Origin: Fimbriimonadia bacterium
GTDB taxonomy: Bacteria > Armatimonadota > Fimbriimonadia > Fimbriimonadales > Fimbriimonadaceae
Direction of reading: 5' to 3'
DNA: 64,000 nt
NCBI GenBank assembly: GCA_030427425.1
Contig: JAUICQ010000001.1
Location: 46,665 to 110,664 of the forward strand
A program made the translations under genes and the position numbers. Below, one piece after another: positions 19,467-29,772 of the stretch. How positions within the stretch are numbered: the stretch's first letter is position 1; each line of letters starts with the position of its first letter. Below the pieces are notes generated by a model. The model was not told the origin of the DNA, did not search any database, and worked only from the letters and a program-made list of their open reading frames with translations.

Positions 19467-20087
19467 TTAATTGTTATCATTACTAAGGGTTATCAATTCC
19501 TGCTTTAATTTTTCGAGAATATCTTCTTTAGAATCATCTTTATCGAACCTAATAACCTCTCCCCATGTTAGGGTGATCTTACTGAGGGCTGGTCTTGGGA
19601 TCACTTTGCCGTACGGAATTATTTTGTGGGCTCCATTAATTCCACAGCATATGACAGGTGAATCGGTCATTTTAATAAGCATGGCTACTCCTGGAAGTAG
19701 TTTTTTTAATTTGCCATCAGTGCTTAGTCTTCCTTCAGGGAAGATTCCAAGAGCTTGTTCTTCATTTAGAATTTTTAATGCATGTTTGATGCTCCGTTTA
19801 TCGGGTCTGTCTCTGTCTACAGGGAAGGCAGCAAAGGCTCTCATAATATTTTTCACAACAGGGATCTTAAAGAGGTAGTCTGCTGCCATGAAGTGTATCA
19901 GTCTTTTGCTTGCAAGTTGTACCAGAACGGCATCTACATCTGAAATATGATTCACTACAACTATTAATTTTCCTCTGCGAGGAACATTTTTCCATCCCTT
20001 AATAAAGACGGGTCCGAATATGGTTCCTAAGGATAATATAATGGGTCTATGGATAAATACTAATAATTTTGATAATAAATACTTCAC
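19467..20087 (-). CDS. plsC: 1-acyl-sn-glycerol-3-phosphate acyltransferase
   Basis: NHISDVD (HxxxxD acyltransferase motif), FPEGRLS, N-terminal TM. Confidence 0.8.
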   Translation of the reverse strand: MKYLLSKLLVFIHRPIILSLGTIFGPVFIKGWKNVPRRGKLIVVVNHISDVDAVLVQLASKRLIHFMAADYLFKIPVVKNIMRAFAAFPVDRDRPDKRSIKHALKILNEEQALGIFPEGRLSTDGKLKKLLPGVAMLIKMTDSPVICCGINGAHKIIPYGKVIPRPALSKITLTWGEVIRFDKDDSKEDILEKLKQELITLSNDNN

Positions 20088-20150
20088 TCTATATTAAAAG
20101 TTACCCTCCAAGCTCGCAAGGTTTGTAATATATCATTCAAAATATATATA

Positions 20151-22778
20151 ATGAGTACTGAAGTTAAACAAGAATTAGAGATTAGATATAATCCTGACGC
20201 CATTGAAAGCAAGTGGTATGATAAATGGGAAAAAGCAAATTTATTTAAACCAAGTAGCAATAATACAAAAAAGCAGTATACAGTAACGATTCCTCCTCCT
20301 AATGTGACTGGTGCGCTCCATATGGGACACTCTTTATGTTATCCTATCCAAGATGCTGTTGGTAGATTTAAAAGATTGAAGGGATATAATGTATGGATGA
20401 TACCGGGTCAGGACCATGCTGGTATTGCTACTCAGTCTTTAGTTGAGAAAAAATTAAAGAAAGAAGGGATTAGTAAACACGATCTTGGTAGAGAGAAGTT
20501 TCTAGAAAAAGTGTGGGAGTGGCGTCATGAAAGTGGTGATACCATAATCAGGCAGTTCCGTCAATTGGGTTGTGCATTTGATTGGGATGCGCTAAGATTT
20601 ACTCTTGATGAAAAATATGTTAAAGCAGTACTTCAGGTATTTATTGAATGGTTTGAAAAAGGCTACATTTATAAAGGTAACAGGATAATTAACTGGGACT
20701 CTAAACTTCAGACTTCCGTATCCGATATCGAGACCGAAAGAAAATTAGTAAATGGAAAACTGTACTATGTACGGTATAAGTTTGAAGATGGTAGTGGTGA
20801 GATAACCATAGCTACAACCCGACCCGAAACGATTCCTGCAGACGTAGCAGTGGCCGTGAATCCTAAAGATGAGAGGTATAAAGGATTAATCGGAAAGATG
20901 TTAGTTCTTCCGTTGACAGGAAAGAAAATACCATTAATCGCTGACGAGTACCCCGATCCAGAATTTGGTACAGGAGCTCTGAAGATTACTCCAGCTCATG
21001 ACATTAACGACTACGAAGTGGGGCAGAGACATAACTTGGACATGCCTTCTACGATAGATAAGGATGCTAAAATTAACGATCTGTATCCACCTTGTAAGGG
21101 AATGGATAGATTTGAAGCTAGAAAGGTAATTGCTGAGCACTTAGAAGAAGAAGGATCGTTAATTAAAGTGGAAGATCATGAGATTGCTTTAATTATTAGC
21201 GAACGGAGTGGGGAACCCGTAGAACCATTATTATCGGATCAGTGGTTTGTAAAACAGACAGAGCTTGCTAAAGATGCGATTGATGTTGTAAAAAGAGGCG
21301 AGATTAAATTTATTCCTGCAAGGTATGAGAAGGTCTATATAGATTGGATGGAGAACATCCGCGATTGGTGTATTAGTAGACAGCTCTGGTGGGGTCATCG
21401 AATTCCTGTTTACTATACTGAGAGCGGGAATGCTTTCGCAGCACAGAGCTGGGAAGAAGCTGAGGCAAAGGCTGGTAGTGATAAGATAACGCATCAGGAT
21501 GAAGATGTACTGGATACTTGGTTTAGTAGTGGATTATGGCCTTTTGCTGCTATGGGTTGGCCAGACGATTATTCTAATCTGGATGAACGGTATCCTACCA
21601 ATCTGCTTGTTACCGATAGAACTATTATCTACCTCTGGGTAGCCAGAATGATAATGATGGGTATGAACTTCATGAATAAGAAACCTTTCGATGAAGTATT
21701 TGTTCACGCGACCGTTCTTACGGAAGATGGTAGAAGAATGAGTAAGAGTCTTGGCACAGGGATAGATCCGATTACGGTTATTGAGAGGATGGGGGTAGAT
21801 CCGCTACGATATACTCTACTTGGTGCTACTGGAGAGAATCAGGAGATAAGATATAGCGATAAGAAGAATGAGGAATCGAGAAACTTCTGTAGCAAAATAT
21901 GGAGTGCATCGAGATTTATCTTCATGAATATAGACGAGTCTCCTACTAAGCCTGAAAATAAGGCCTTAAAGGAGATTGATAGATGGATTCTTTCTAGATT
22001 ATATAGTACAACAGGTATCGCAGAGAAAGCGTATGAAAAGTGTAATTTTATGGAAGCATGTAATGCTCTTCAGAACTTCTTCTGGTACGATTTATGCGAC
22101 TGGTATATTGAAATTTCTAAGAATAGATTCCAAGATGCTGATGATAAGAATGTTGTAAGCTGGGTATTATTACAATGCTTAGAAAAATTCCTTATAATGA
22201 TGCATCCTATTCTGCCCCATTTAACAGAAGAGATCTACTCTTACTTGCCAATTAAAGAGAAAGCCGAATTCGTTATGTCTGCTGAATGGCCAGTATTGGA
22301 CAATGCATGGAATAATCCGGAAATAGAGAATAGAGTATCCGATTGGTTCCAGGTAATAAGAGCGGTTAGAGCATTGCGAGCGGATATCGGGATATCGCCA
22401 GTTAAGAGAATTCCTGAGCTGTACATTCAGAATAATGTTTTGGATATTCCTGCAGAAATTATACAAGGGATGGCATGGATCGAGAAGGTATCCGGGGGTC
22501 GGCCAGAATCGGTTAAGTTCTTGTCTGGAGTAAGCAGTAATGTTGAGTTCCATATTCCGATTGATGATAGCATTGATATTAATGCTGAGATTGAGAGAAC
22601 TAAGAAGAATATAGAAAAAATTTCGAAAGAAGCAGATAAGTTAAGTGCCAGATTGCAGAATGAAAATTATACTAGTAAAGCGAAACCGGAGTTAGTTGAA
22701 GCCGATAGAGAGAAACATAAAGAATTGGAATTTTCTCTAGATAAATTGCAACAGAAACTTAAATTACTAGTAGAATAA
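20151..22778 (+). CDS. valS: Valine--tRNA ligase
   Basis: PPPNVTGALHMGH (HIGH), RMSKSLGTG (KMSKS), editing domain, C-terminal coiled coil. 875 aa. Confidence 0.95.
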   Translation: MSTEVKQELEIRYNPDAIESKWYDKWEKANLFKPSSNNTKKQYTVTIPPPNVTGALHMGHSLCYPIQDAVGRFKRLKGYNVWMIPGQDHAGIATQSLVEKKLKKEGISKHDLGREKFLEKVWEWRHESGDTIIRQFRQLGCAFDWDALRFTLDEKYVKAVLQVFIEWFEKGYIYKGNRIINWDSKLQTSVSDIETERKLVNGKLYYVRYKFEDGSGEITIATTRPETIPADVAVAVNPKDERYKGLIGKMLVLPLTGKKIPLIADEYPDPEFGTGALKITPAHDINDYEVGQRHNLDMPSTIDKDAKINDLYPPCKGMDRFEARKVIAEHLEEEGSLIKVEDHEIALIISERSGEPVEPLLSDQWFVKQTELAKDAIDVVKRGEIKFIPARYEKVYIDWMENIRDWCISRQLWWGHRIPVYYTESGNAFAAQSWEEAEAKAGSDKITHQDEDVLDTWFSSGLWPFAAMGWPDDYSNLDERYPTNLLVTDRTIIYLWVARMIMMGMNFMNKKPFDEVFVHATVLTEDGRRMSKSLGTGIDPITVIERMGVDPLRYTLLGATGENQEIRYSDKKNEESRNFCSKIWSASRFIFMNIDESPTKPENKALKEIDRWILSRLYSTTGIAEKAYEKCNFMEACNALQNFFWYDLCDWYIEISKNRFQDADDKNVVSWVLLQCLEKFLIMMHPILPHLTEEIYSYLPIKEKAEFVMSAEWPVLDNAWNNPEIENRVSDWFQVIRAVRALRADIGISPVKRIPELYIQNNVLDIPAEIIQGMAWIEKVSGGRPESVKFLSGVSSNVEFHIPIDDSIDINAEIERTKKNIEKISKEADKLSARLQNENYTSKAKPELVEADREKHKELEFSLDKLQQKLKLLVE

Positions 22779-22784
22779 TATAAG

Positions 22785-23558
22785 ATGAAAAATTGCACTG
22801 ACGCTTTAACAGAACTGAAGAAAATAACGGAACAATTAGTGTCTGAGGATGGTTGCCCTTGGGATAGGGTGCAGACTCATGAATCGTTAAAGCCGTACCT
22901 TATAGAGGAGACCTATGAGGTACTTGATGCTATAGATGAAGGATGTGATGAGAAGTTAAAGGAAGAGTTGGGGGATCATCTCTTCCAAGCATTTCTTCAT
23001 GCTGCTATTAGAAAGAAGAATGGTGGCTGGGATATATCGGACGTGGCGGCGGGTCATGTACAGAAATTAATCCGTAGGCATCCTCATGTTTTTGGAGATA
23101 CAAAAGCGGCTACTGCAGAAGAAGCTCTAGGCGAGTGGAATAGAATTAAGCAAGAAGAGAAGGGTGGAGCTCCGAAGAGTATTCTGAAAGATGAAAAGTA
23201 TCTTCCCGGACTGCTAAGGGCCTATAAAATCAAGAAGCAGGCAATTGATATTGGCTTCACCTGGGAAACAGTGTTTGGTGCTATAGACAAGGTTAAAGAA
23301 GAGCTTGAAGAATTAAAAGAGGCATGTGAATTGGGTGATGCCGATAAAATTGAGGATGAACTTGGCGATGTACTTATGACCGTAGTAAGTACGGCAGTTA
23401 TGGTGAAGACCGATCCTGAAAGTGCTCTAAGTAGGGCAACCAAGAAATTTGTGAACAGGTTCCGACATATAGAAGAGAATGGTCAGAAAGATTTACAGAG
23501 CTTAAGTCCGGACGAATGGCAGAATCTTTGGCAGGAAGCTAAGAAAGTCTATCCTTAG
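22785..23558 (+). CDS. mazG: Nucleoside triphosphate pyrophosphohydrolase MazG
   Basis: GCPWDRVQTHESLKPYLIEETYEVLDAID and a second EELGDVLM repeat, i.e. the tandem MazG domains. Confidence 0.85.
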   Translation: MKNCTDALTELKKITEQLVSEDGCPWDRVQTHESLKPYLIEETYEVLDAIDEGCDEKLKEELGDHLFQAFLHAAIRKKNGGWDISDVAAGHVQKLIRRHPHVFGDTKAATAEEALGEWNRIKQEEKGGAPKSILKDEKYLPGLLRAYKIKKQAIDIGFTWETVFGAIDKVKEELEELKEACELGDADKIEDELGDVLMTVVSTAVMVKTDPESALSRATKKFVNRFRHIEENGQKDLQSLSPDEWQNLWQEAKKVYP

Positions 23559-23646
23559 ATTTATTTGTTGATTCTAATCCTGTTAATGATTTAATATTGC
23601 AGTTGATCTGTTTTTCTGTTTATTAAATCCAAATATATATAATAAG

Positions 23647-23880
23647 ATGAAAAAGCTTACATATAAATTTGGAATAATTTTAGGAATAATCGGATTAGCT
23701 TCTGGATGCGGAAGTAGTAGCGATAGTAGTGTTAGTGATGTAGAGGGTAGCAACGTGGCAGAGGGTGAAACTATGGTTGGCACAATGTCTGGAAAATGGA
23801 AGTATGATTGGGCTACTGGCTTGTGGTATCAGGGCAGTTCGCCTTACTCAGGACCTACCAGAAAGTATAATCCAAACTAG
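23647..23880 (+). CDS. Small predicted lipoprotein, unknown function
   Basis: MKKLTYKFGIILGIIGLASGC with lipobox LASGC, then a Ser/Gly-rich linker. 77 aa. Confidence 0.5.
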   Translation: MKKLTYKFGIILGIIGLASGCGSSSDSSVSDVEGSNVAEGETMVGTMSGKWKYDWATGLWYQGSSPYSGPTRKYNPN

Positions 23881-23940
23881 CGGAAGTAATCTTTTATTAG
23901 AATTTTTCTCATTACACAGATTCACATTCTATAGATGTAT

Positions 23941-25740
23941 CTACAGAGGTTTTCCTAGGTAGTAGAATTCTGTGGATGTAGGCAAGGATGGAATAGAGTA
24001 TAAATTATTACTGGTGCTAACGATATTGCTTGGTTCTCTGTTAAAACTTATTTCATAAATATTCTTGCATTTTTCCATCCATTGTAACTGATAGGGGGTT
24101 GGGGCTGGGATGTTCTCGATTAGGAATCCGTTAATGTTAATCCTCGATTCTGTTAGTCTCAGAGGAGGTGTTATCTTTGTTGTATTTGTCTGCGGTGGGA
24201 TGATGTATATACTACCATTTTCTGCAATCAGAGAGGCATGGATGTCTATATCTGCATTATATGCTTTAGCACCAGTTAAGATATATTTTCTCCCTTTGCT
24301 AAAATCATGATTAGTAATAGTTAATTGTTGATTCTTAGCTGGAGGGAGATATAACACGACTGTGTCTTCGCTTATTTTATTATGTGTGAAGGTTTCGGGA
24401 TACTGAAATGATAATCTTTTACGATTATCTGTTTTAAGATGTTGTTTTTGATGTAAAACTCTTTGATTACTTTCCTCCTCGACCGATGTTGAAGTTTGAG
24501 TGGTTGGATCGTTTTCGATATATGGAGAGATATTTAATACTAATTGAATATAATCTTGTGGTTCTCCTGAAACAGCGTTTACAGTTATATTATTTAAGTT
24601 TAGATCTATTTTTTCTTCAATAAGAATGTAATCTTTAGAGCTATTGGTTGTTGCGTAATTAGGAGCTTCGAATGCAGTAGTGTTAATGACAACATGATTT
24701 TTAGCATAAAGGAGTAAAGAATTTGTTGTCGAGTTGATGGGTCCGTCTATGTAGACAGTTCCATCACAGAAAATCGCAGTGGGCGTTTCAATATGTCCAC
24801 AGACTCTTATATCTCCTTCTACATATATAATGTTATTTTCATCTAGAGATTTAAGTGGATTCTCTTTGTCTTTATAGGTTACTGTATAATTTTTTGAATC
24901 GAATTTTATAATTGGAAGGTCTGGGAGGAAAAAGGGTCCGTTCCAGCCAGCATCTTTTCGCCACCAGTATTCTGGGAGTAGCTTTAGGCTATTTTCTACA
25001 GTTCCAGATTCGATGAAATTATTATCTTTTGCTCTAGCTATAATATTTTTTTGTAGAGTGTTATTTTCAAAGACCTTGTTTAATGGTAGATTATCTACTT
25101 TATTTATTTTTTGAAGATTCTCTAAATTTGCTGCCGATATAATTTTAGATTTTTTCTCGGGCAGAAGGGAATTTATGTTTAAATTATTTTCAATTTTCTC
25201 ATTATTAGTGATAATCCGTTGATAATTATATTCGGGTACATCTACGATTCCGATATAGATTGCTTCCAGACCCTTGTACTTGCCTCTAATGGTAGGGTCG
25301 TCTCCGTCTGCTATTCCTTCTCTTGCGACGCATTCGATTCCTATTTTCCCTTTGAGATTATCATTATGGTGGATATATTCAGTTCCTTCTTTCTTCTCGA
25401 TTATTTTTATTCGATAGAGAATTCTGCTATTTTCAAAATTTTCTCTGCCGGAATAATTCTTTTCTTCAAGTAGATCATAATCGGGATCGTCGGGGGTTAT
25501 TGTTTTTGGTTCTGGTCTCCAGTTAGCAAGTTCGGGTTTGGTGGTCAGTTTTTTGAGTACGAATTTTACTCCTTGTTTTGCAATATTCTCCAGGTAGAGT
25601 TGTTTCGCATTTGTTCCGGACATCTGGATATTCTTAGCTACAACGCCAGTGTATGCAAAAGCGATAATCATGACAACAGAGAGAATCATGATAGTTAGTA
25701 CCAGTGCCTGACCCCGTTCATTCCTTTTGTTATCCAGCAT
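23941..25740 (-). CDS. PilX-N-like pilus-associated protein (large, last gene of the pseudopilin cassette)
   Basis: N-terminus RGQALVLTIMILSVVMIIAFAY matches the PilX N-terminal pattern (G.ALv..l..l). 11-bp overlap with the upstream gene. The rest is unrecognised (possible beta-helix segment NIIYVEGDIRVCGHIETPTAIFCDGTVYIDGPIN). Confidence 0.5.
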   Translation of the reverse strand: MLDNKRNERGQALVLTIMILSVVMIIAFAYTGVVAKNIQMSGTNAKQLYLENIAKQGVKFVLKKLTTKPELANWRPEPKTITPDDPDYDLLEEKNYSGRENFENSRILYRIKIIEKKEGTEYIHHNDNLKGKIGIECVAREGIADGDDPTIRGKYKGLEAIYIGIVDVPEYNYQRIITNNEKIENNLNINSLLPEKKSKIISAANLENLQKINKVDNLPLNKVFENNTLQKNIIARAKDNNFIESGTVENSLKLLPEYWWRKDAGWNGPFFLPDLPIIKFDSKNYTVTYKDKENPLKSLDENNIIYVEGDIRVCGHIETPTAIFCDGTVYIDGPINSTTNSLLLYAKNHVVINTTAFEAPNYATTNSSKDYILIEEKIDLNLNNITVNAVSGEPQDYIQLVLNISPYIENDPTTQTSTSVEEESNQRVLHQKQHLKTDNRKRLSFQYPETFTHNKISEDTVVLYLPPAKNQQLTITNHDFSKGRKYILTGAKAYNADIDIHASLIAENGSIYIIPPQTNTTKITPPLRLTESRININGFLIENIPAPTPYQLQWMEKCKNIYEISFNREPSNIVSTSNNLYSIPSLPTSTEFYYLGKPL

Positions 25741-27208
25741 TTTTCACCCCTTGCTTGTTTAAATTCTTAATGATATACATATTTCTGTATGTACCAATAT
25801 TCTTCATGTTAATCCCACCTTTAAGGTTTTTATGCGCTCCAACTTCTACATTGAGAATCTCCTTAAAAGTAGTAGGTGCATTAGTGGGGCTGTAAACGTT
25901 TTGATAGGAGAATTCGATTTTTTTAATGGATCTGTGATTCTCTTCTGTAATATTTGAAAATATTAGGAGATTATTTTTTTTAAAGTAATCATTAAATAAT
26001 TCTTGAAGTTCTTTCGGCATTATTTGAAAATTATTATTTTCTTCAATACTTGAAAATTTATCGTTATAAGGTGCTGATTCGCAGAACTGGAATTCATTAT
26101 AGGATGGAGCGTTGCTAACTAATCTGTAGGGGGCAGGATTATTATATAATTGGTGGAGTTGAGATGCGTTTCCCTGATGGCTATTGATTAAAGCATTAGG
26201 CACACTAGGTTTATTCGAATTTGAGATCTTGTTATCAATTGATGGAATTTGATCGGGACCGATTACTTTGATAGAATTCGGTAGTATTTTAATAGATTCT
26301 ACATCGGTTGATTCTTCTATAAACTTTTCTAAAGATATATTGGGTTGGAAAGGAATGAAGTCTTTATCCGATTTAAATAAGTTGTATGTCCTTGCTAAGT
26401 AGTTGAGGATATAGGCTCTGCGATATGGATCGGTTTTGGCATAATTATCGCGTATTGTGGTGTAGTGGGATAGGTTCAAATGTGAAAGAAAATCTTCATG
26501 TTTATAATCTTCTGTGTTTACAGTACACTGTTCTACTTTACATCCAATATTTTCATCTTGTGAGGTATCTATTTTAAACACTATTCTTGGTGATAGTCTA
26601 TCTTGGTGCATGGTTAGAACATCTACTTTATTATCAGTAAGAAGATCTTGATTAACATACTTGTCGGGCTCGAATTTTGTTACATCATCTTTTTTTATCT
26701 CCGTTCTAAAAAGGGTAGCATAATTGGGCTTGTTGCCCTTAGTGCTATAAGTATTTCTGATCTCCCTTGGATAAACAAAGTATCTAATTACTTTAAGGGA
26801 AGGGCCATTTCTATCCGGAATGGTGAGAGGAGCCTTTAGAGTAGGATCTATCCTATTGTTAACATAAGGATTCACGAAATTATTCGACTGATTATCACTA
26901 TTAGGTATATATAAATCTAGGATTAGATGTTTAAACGCAGGTCCTTGATTAGGAAATTGAATTTCTATGTTGGGTAATTCAATTTTTGTGGCTTGTTCGA
27001 TATCTCTGCTCATTATTCTTCCTACTTCACGGATTCTGGACTGAATATCTTCACTTGCTGATGCACTCTTGAGCAGCTTCATACTCTGTAGCATGGGAAC
27101 AAAGATGATGGATAGTACTATCGCGAATAGTGACATTGCTGATAATAGTTCTAGTACAGTATAGCCCGAGGAATATCGGTTTCTAAGTTTAGTGCCACTC
27201 TTTATCAT
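25730..27208 (-). CDS. Minor pilin/pseudopilin-like protein with prepilin-type N-terminal signal
   Basis: SSG/YTVLELLSAMSLFAIVLSIIF: Gly, then Glu at +5, then a hydrophobic helix. 492 aa. Overlaps both neighbours (20 bp and 11 bp), which suggests translational coupling. Confidence 0.6.
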   Translation of the reverse strand: MIKSGTKLRNRYSSGYTVLELLSAMSLFAIVLSIIFVPMLQSMKLLKSASASEDIQSRIREVGRIMSRDIEQATKIELPNIEIQFPNQGPAFKHLILDLYIPNSDNQSNNFVNPYVNNRIDPTLKAPLTIPDRNGPSLKVIRYFVYPREIRNTYSTKGNKPNYATLFRTEIKKDDVTKFEPDKYVNQDLLTDNKVDVLTMHQDRLSPRIVFKIDTSQDENIGCKVEQCTVNTEDYKHEDFLSHLNLSHYTTIRDNYAKTDPYRRAYILNYLARTYNLFKSDKDFIPFQPNISLEKFIEESTDVESIKILPNSIKVIGPDQIPSIDNKISNSNKPSVPNALINSHQGNASQLHQLYNNPAPYRLVSNAPSYNEFQFCESAPYNDKFSSIEENNNFQIMPKELQELFNDYFKKNNLLIFSNITEENHRSIKKIEFSYQNVYSPTNAPTTFKEILNVEVGAHKNLKGGINMKNIGTYRNMYIIKNLNKQGVKNAG

Positions 27209-27977
27209 AAGTATATTTGAATCGTTTACTCCTCCCGTTAGAATTTTTGCCGTAGCTAATGATGGTATCTATTTTATTCGTTTTTAGTTCATAGTGTATT
27301 TTAAAGTCGTCTGGTTTTTTAAAAAGTGCTAGTGCTTTAAAATCCTCGTTAAAATTGTTCTTCCATTTTATTGTTCCGAGATTATAATTTACTTCAACCT
27401 CTTTGCTATCTATTTTTTGACACGTATTTAAGTTAATAATGGTAACGGTGTCCGTGACTATTTTTCCGGAATAGAGATTTGTGGTTTTATTCTTACTATC
27501 TTTTTCAACATTTATATATTGGAATAGTTGATTGCTGGGAATCGGTTTATAAGTAAGATCTATAGTCGGGTCTACGCTGATTAATTTTAGAATACGAAGA
27601 GGGGGTATGGAATATTCAGCAAAAATTTTATCGAAGTTATCAATTTTATCCTTATCAATGATCTCTTTGATAGGAAGTAATGTCTCTACAATACTATTCA
27701 CGGGGATTTTTCTTAGATCTATCTCTTCAGTAATTCTATCAGAATCTATACTGATTATTTTATGAGAATGTTTTTCTAATCGTTCTTTAAAGATAGTTGC
27801 TAACTGAACACATTCGTCGTACTCTTTAACATTTTTAAAGCTCCTAATTCCTGAGGGGAATATCTGGAACGCGACTAATATGCCAACGGAGAATATAGTG
27901 ATAACCACTAGAATCTCTTGAATAGACATTCCTTGTGATCTCCTTATATTCTTCGAGAACAGACTGCGTGGAATCAT
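27189..27977 (-). CDS. Minor pilin/pseudopilin-like protein with atypical prepilin signal
   Basis: RRSQG/MSIQEILVVITIFSVGILVAF (Gly, Glu at +5, hydrophobic helix). 262 aa. Confidence 0.55.
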   Translation of the reverse strand: MIPRSLFSKNIRRSQGMSIQEILVVITIFSVGILVAFQIFPSGIRSFKNVKEYDECVQLATIFKERLEKHSHKIISIDSDRITEEIDLRKIPVNSIVETLLPIKEIIDKDKIDNFDKIFAEYSIPPLRILKLISVDPTIDLTYKPIPSNQLFQYINVEKDSKNKTTNLYSGKIVTDTVTIINLNTCQKIDSKEVEVNYNLGTIKWKNNFNEDFKALALFKKPDDFKIHYELKTNKIDTIISYGKNSNGRSKRFKYTYDKEWH

Positions 27978-27983
27978 GATGGT

Positions 27984-28784
27984 TTAGTTTGGATTATATT
28001 GCCATCCTTTTTCTGCCATAGTGCGCGAACTTACACTTTTTACGCTCCCGTCTAGGAAGAGTACGAGGTCTTTACTGCTTGATGTAGGAGTGTTGTCTTT
28101 TCTATAAGTACGGTAGTAACTGTTCCATGTAACAATGGTGTCTCCAGGTGGATTGTAGTAGCCAAGCTGTCTGGGATCATCGTTCTTGCTACCATTTTCT
28201 TTAATTGCTTTTTCACTCCAAAAGAGAGTGTAACGCAATTCGTGATAACTGTTTTGGTTTGGTATTTGTGCTGCATCGTACCCGCTGAATTTATAGTAGA
28301 ACATGGTTGTTGGGTCATCCTTCGTTGTAGGAAGAATTTTTGTATTAGTTTTTAATTTAAACGGAATAACGAATCCGTCTATATTTCCAAAGGCCTGATT
28401 CTGATACTTTTTAGGGAATTTAGCAGGGATAATATCATTAGAATTATTAGTCTTCAGTTCTGCTTTTGAAGGTTGTGGTTTAAATGTTTGTAGACTCTTA
28501 ATGTATCTTGGATGCAGGGTGTTTAACTTTTTTTGTGAACGTTTAAGTGCGCCTTTTTTTTGCTCAAATTGCACGCTACCTGCTAAAGATTCAGGGAAAA
28601 TTCCATAATCGTTCTTATACAATTTAATAGCGGACCATATTTCACGCATCGATGCCATATCGGCATTCTTATTAGCACTTGTCTTAATAGTACGCATGGC
28701 AGGGAAGGTGATAGCAGAAAGAATGGCAATAATTCCCATTACTGCTAGTAGTTCCATGATGGTGAATCCTTTATTCCGGTTCAT
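27984..28784 (-). CDS. Prepilin-type N-terminal cleavage/methylation domain protein (pseudopilin; DUF1559 / H-X9-DG-like C-terminus)
   Basis: MNRNKG/FTIMELLAVMGIIAILSAITFP is a canonical class III signal. C-terminal ...VLFLDGSVKSVS resembles the DG motif region of H-X9-DG pseudopilins. Confidence 0.75.
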   Translation of the reverse strand: MNRNKGFTIMELLAVMGIIAILSAITFPAMRTIKTSANKNADMASMREIWSAIKLYKNDYGIFPESLAGSVQFEQKKGALKRSQKKLNTLHPRYIKSLQTFKPQPSKAELKTNNSNDIIPAKFPKKYQNQAFGNIDGFVIPFKLKTNTKILPTTKDDPTTMFYYKFSGYDAAQIPNQNSYHELRYTLFWSEKAIKENGSKNDDPRQLGYYNPPGDTIVTWNSYYRTYRKDNTPTSSSKDLVLFLDGSVKSVSSRTMAEKGWQYNPN

Positions 28785-28826
28785 TAGTAATAGTTTACTT
28801 TTTTTATGCAGAAAGTAGCCTATTTT

Positions 28827-29771
28827 CTAGCTACTCATTCTGTTTTGGAGAGTATTGTTTACCCAGTTTAGATTATTTTGTACCATATGCTGGTCGTAAT
28901 CGTGTCCGCCTGGATATTCGATTAATTGTTTCTCACTACTTACATTCTCATAGAGTGCTCTAATGGCTTCTGGCTTGCATGCGGGATCTTTCAATCCTAG
29001 CGAGATGAGCAGTGGATTTTTGTTGAATGTAGCTATATTAAGTGTATCAAAATAGAGCGTTTCATTTAGGATATCGTCCAGATTTAGATTGTGCTTCTCT
29101 AGGTAGTCCGGAATCTCTTTGATAGGATACCGATAGAATCGGTGAGAGAGTATATATTCTACGCCAACAAAGAAAGGGAGATCGGCACAAGCGGATTGGA
29201 TAATCGGGCAGAACGTGTTCATCCAGATAGACATGCCTCCACCCTGACTAAGGCCCATGCAGCTGATTCTATTTCTATCTACATTCGGATGGTCTTGCAA
29301 GATTCTAGCAGCGAGTATGGCATCCTGATAGAAATACTTATATGTAAACGTATTTCTGCTCTCAATCCCATTCGTGAAATATCCTCGTGCTACTGAATAT
29401 TTTTCATCATGGATAGAGGGGAGTCCGTGGAAGTTGAAACTTAGACTGATGTATCCAGGTCTTGTTGTGTATTTATTTGGTGGCGTACTCCAACTTCCAT
29501 ATGGATTCAGCCAGATAAAAGCCGGACATTGTTCATTTTGCTGAATTTCTTTTGGAATTGCTATCCAGCCATGCCTCTTTTCGTCTTTAATGCCATTGAA
29601 TTCTATGTTATAGACGGTGTGATGTTCGGTATCAACTTCGCTAAGTATAGATGTAGCTTTATAATTAAGGGGGTATTGCATAGCATCTTTGGTAATGCTA
29701 TGCCAGAAATCGGTGAAGCTGGGCGGGATATTGGGTTTAAGTAGTGCAGGATCCATAACAATCCTCGACAA
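28827..29771 (-). CDS. Acetyl xylan esterase / cephalosporin-C deacetylase family (CE7, alpha/beta hydrolase)
   Basis: GLSQGGGMS nucleophile elbow (GxSQGG, typical of AXE1/CE7). C-terminal GGHDY. 314 aa. Confidence 0.7.
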   Translation of the reverse strand: MSRIVMDPALLKPNIPPSFTDFWHSITKDAMQYPLNYKATSILSEVDTEHHTVYNIEFNGIKDEKRHGWIAIPKEIQQNEQCPAFIWLNPYGSWSTPPNKYTTRPGYISLSFNFHGLPSIHDEKYSVARGYFTNGIESRNTFTYKYFYQDAILAARILQDHPNVDRNRISCMGLSQGGGMSIWMNTFCPIIQSACADLPFFVGVEYILSHRFYRYPIKEIPDYLEKHNLNLDDILNETLYFDTLNIATFNKNPLLISLGLKDPACKPEAIRALYENVSSEKQLIEYPGGHDYDQHMVQNNLNWVNNTLQNRMSS

Positions 29772-29772
29772 T

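Noticed and set aside
23583-23962. ORFs 23583-23783 (minus) and 23765-23962 (plus) around the small lipoprotein gene
   Set aside because: They overlap the better-supported lipoprotein ORF (signal peptide plus lipobox) or the 3' end of the pilus gene, and have no start context or motifs.
23647-28784. Shared C-terminal ...YNPN in the small lipoprotein (23647-23880) and the first pseudopilin (27984-28784), as a possible sorting tag
   Set aside because: Only four residues are shared between two proteins, which is too short to distinguish from chance in an Asn-rich proteome.
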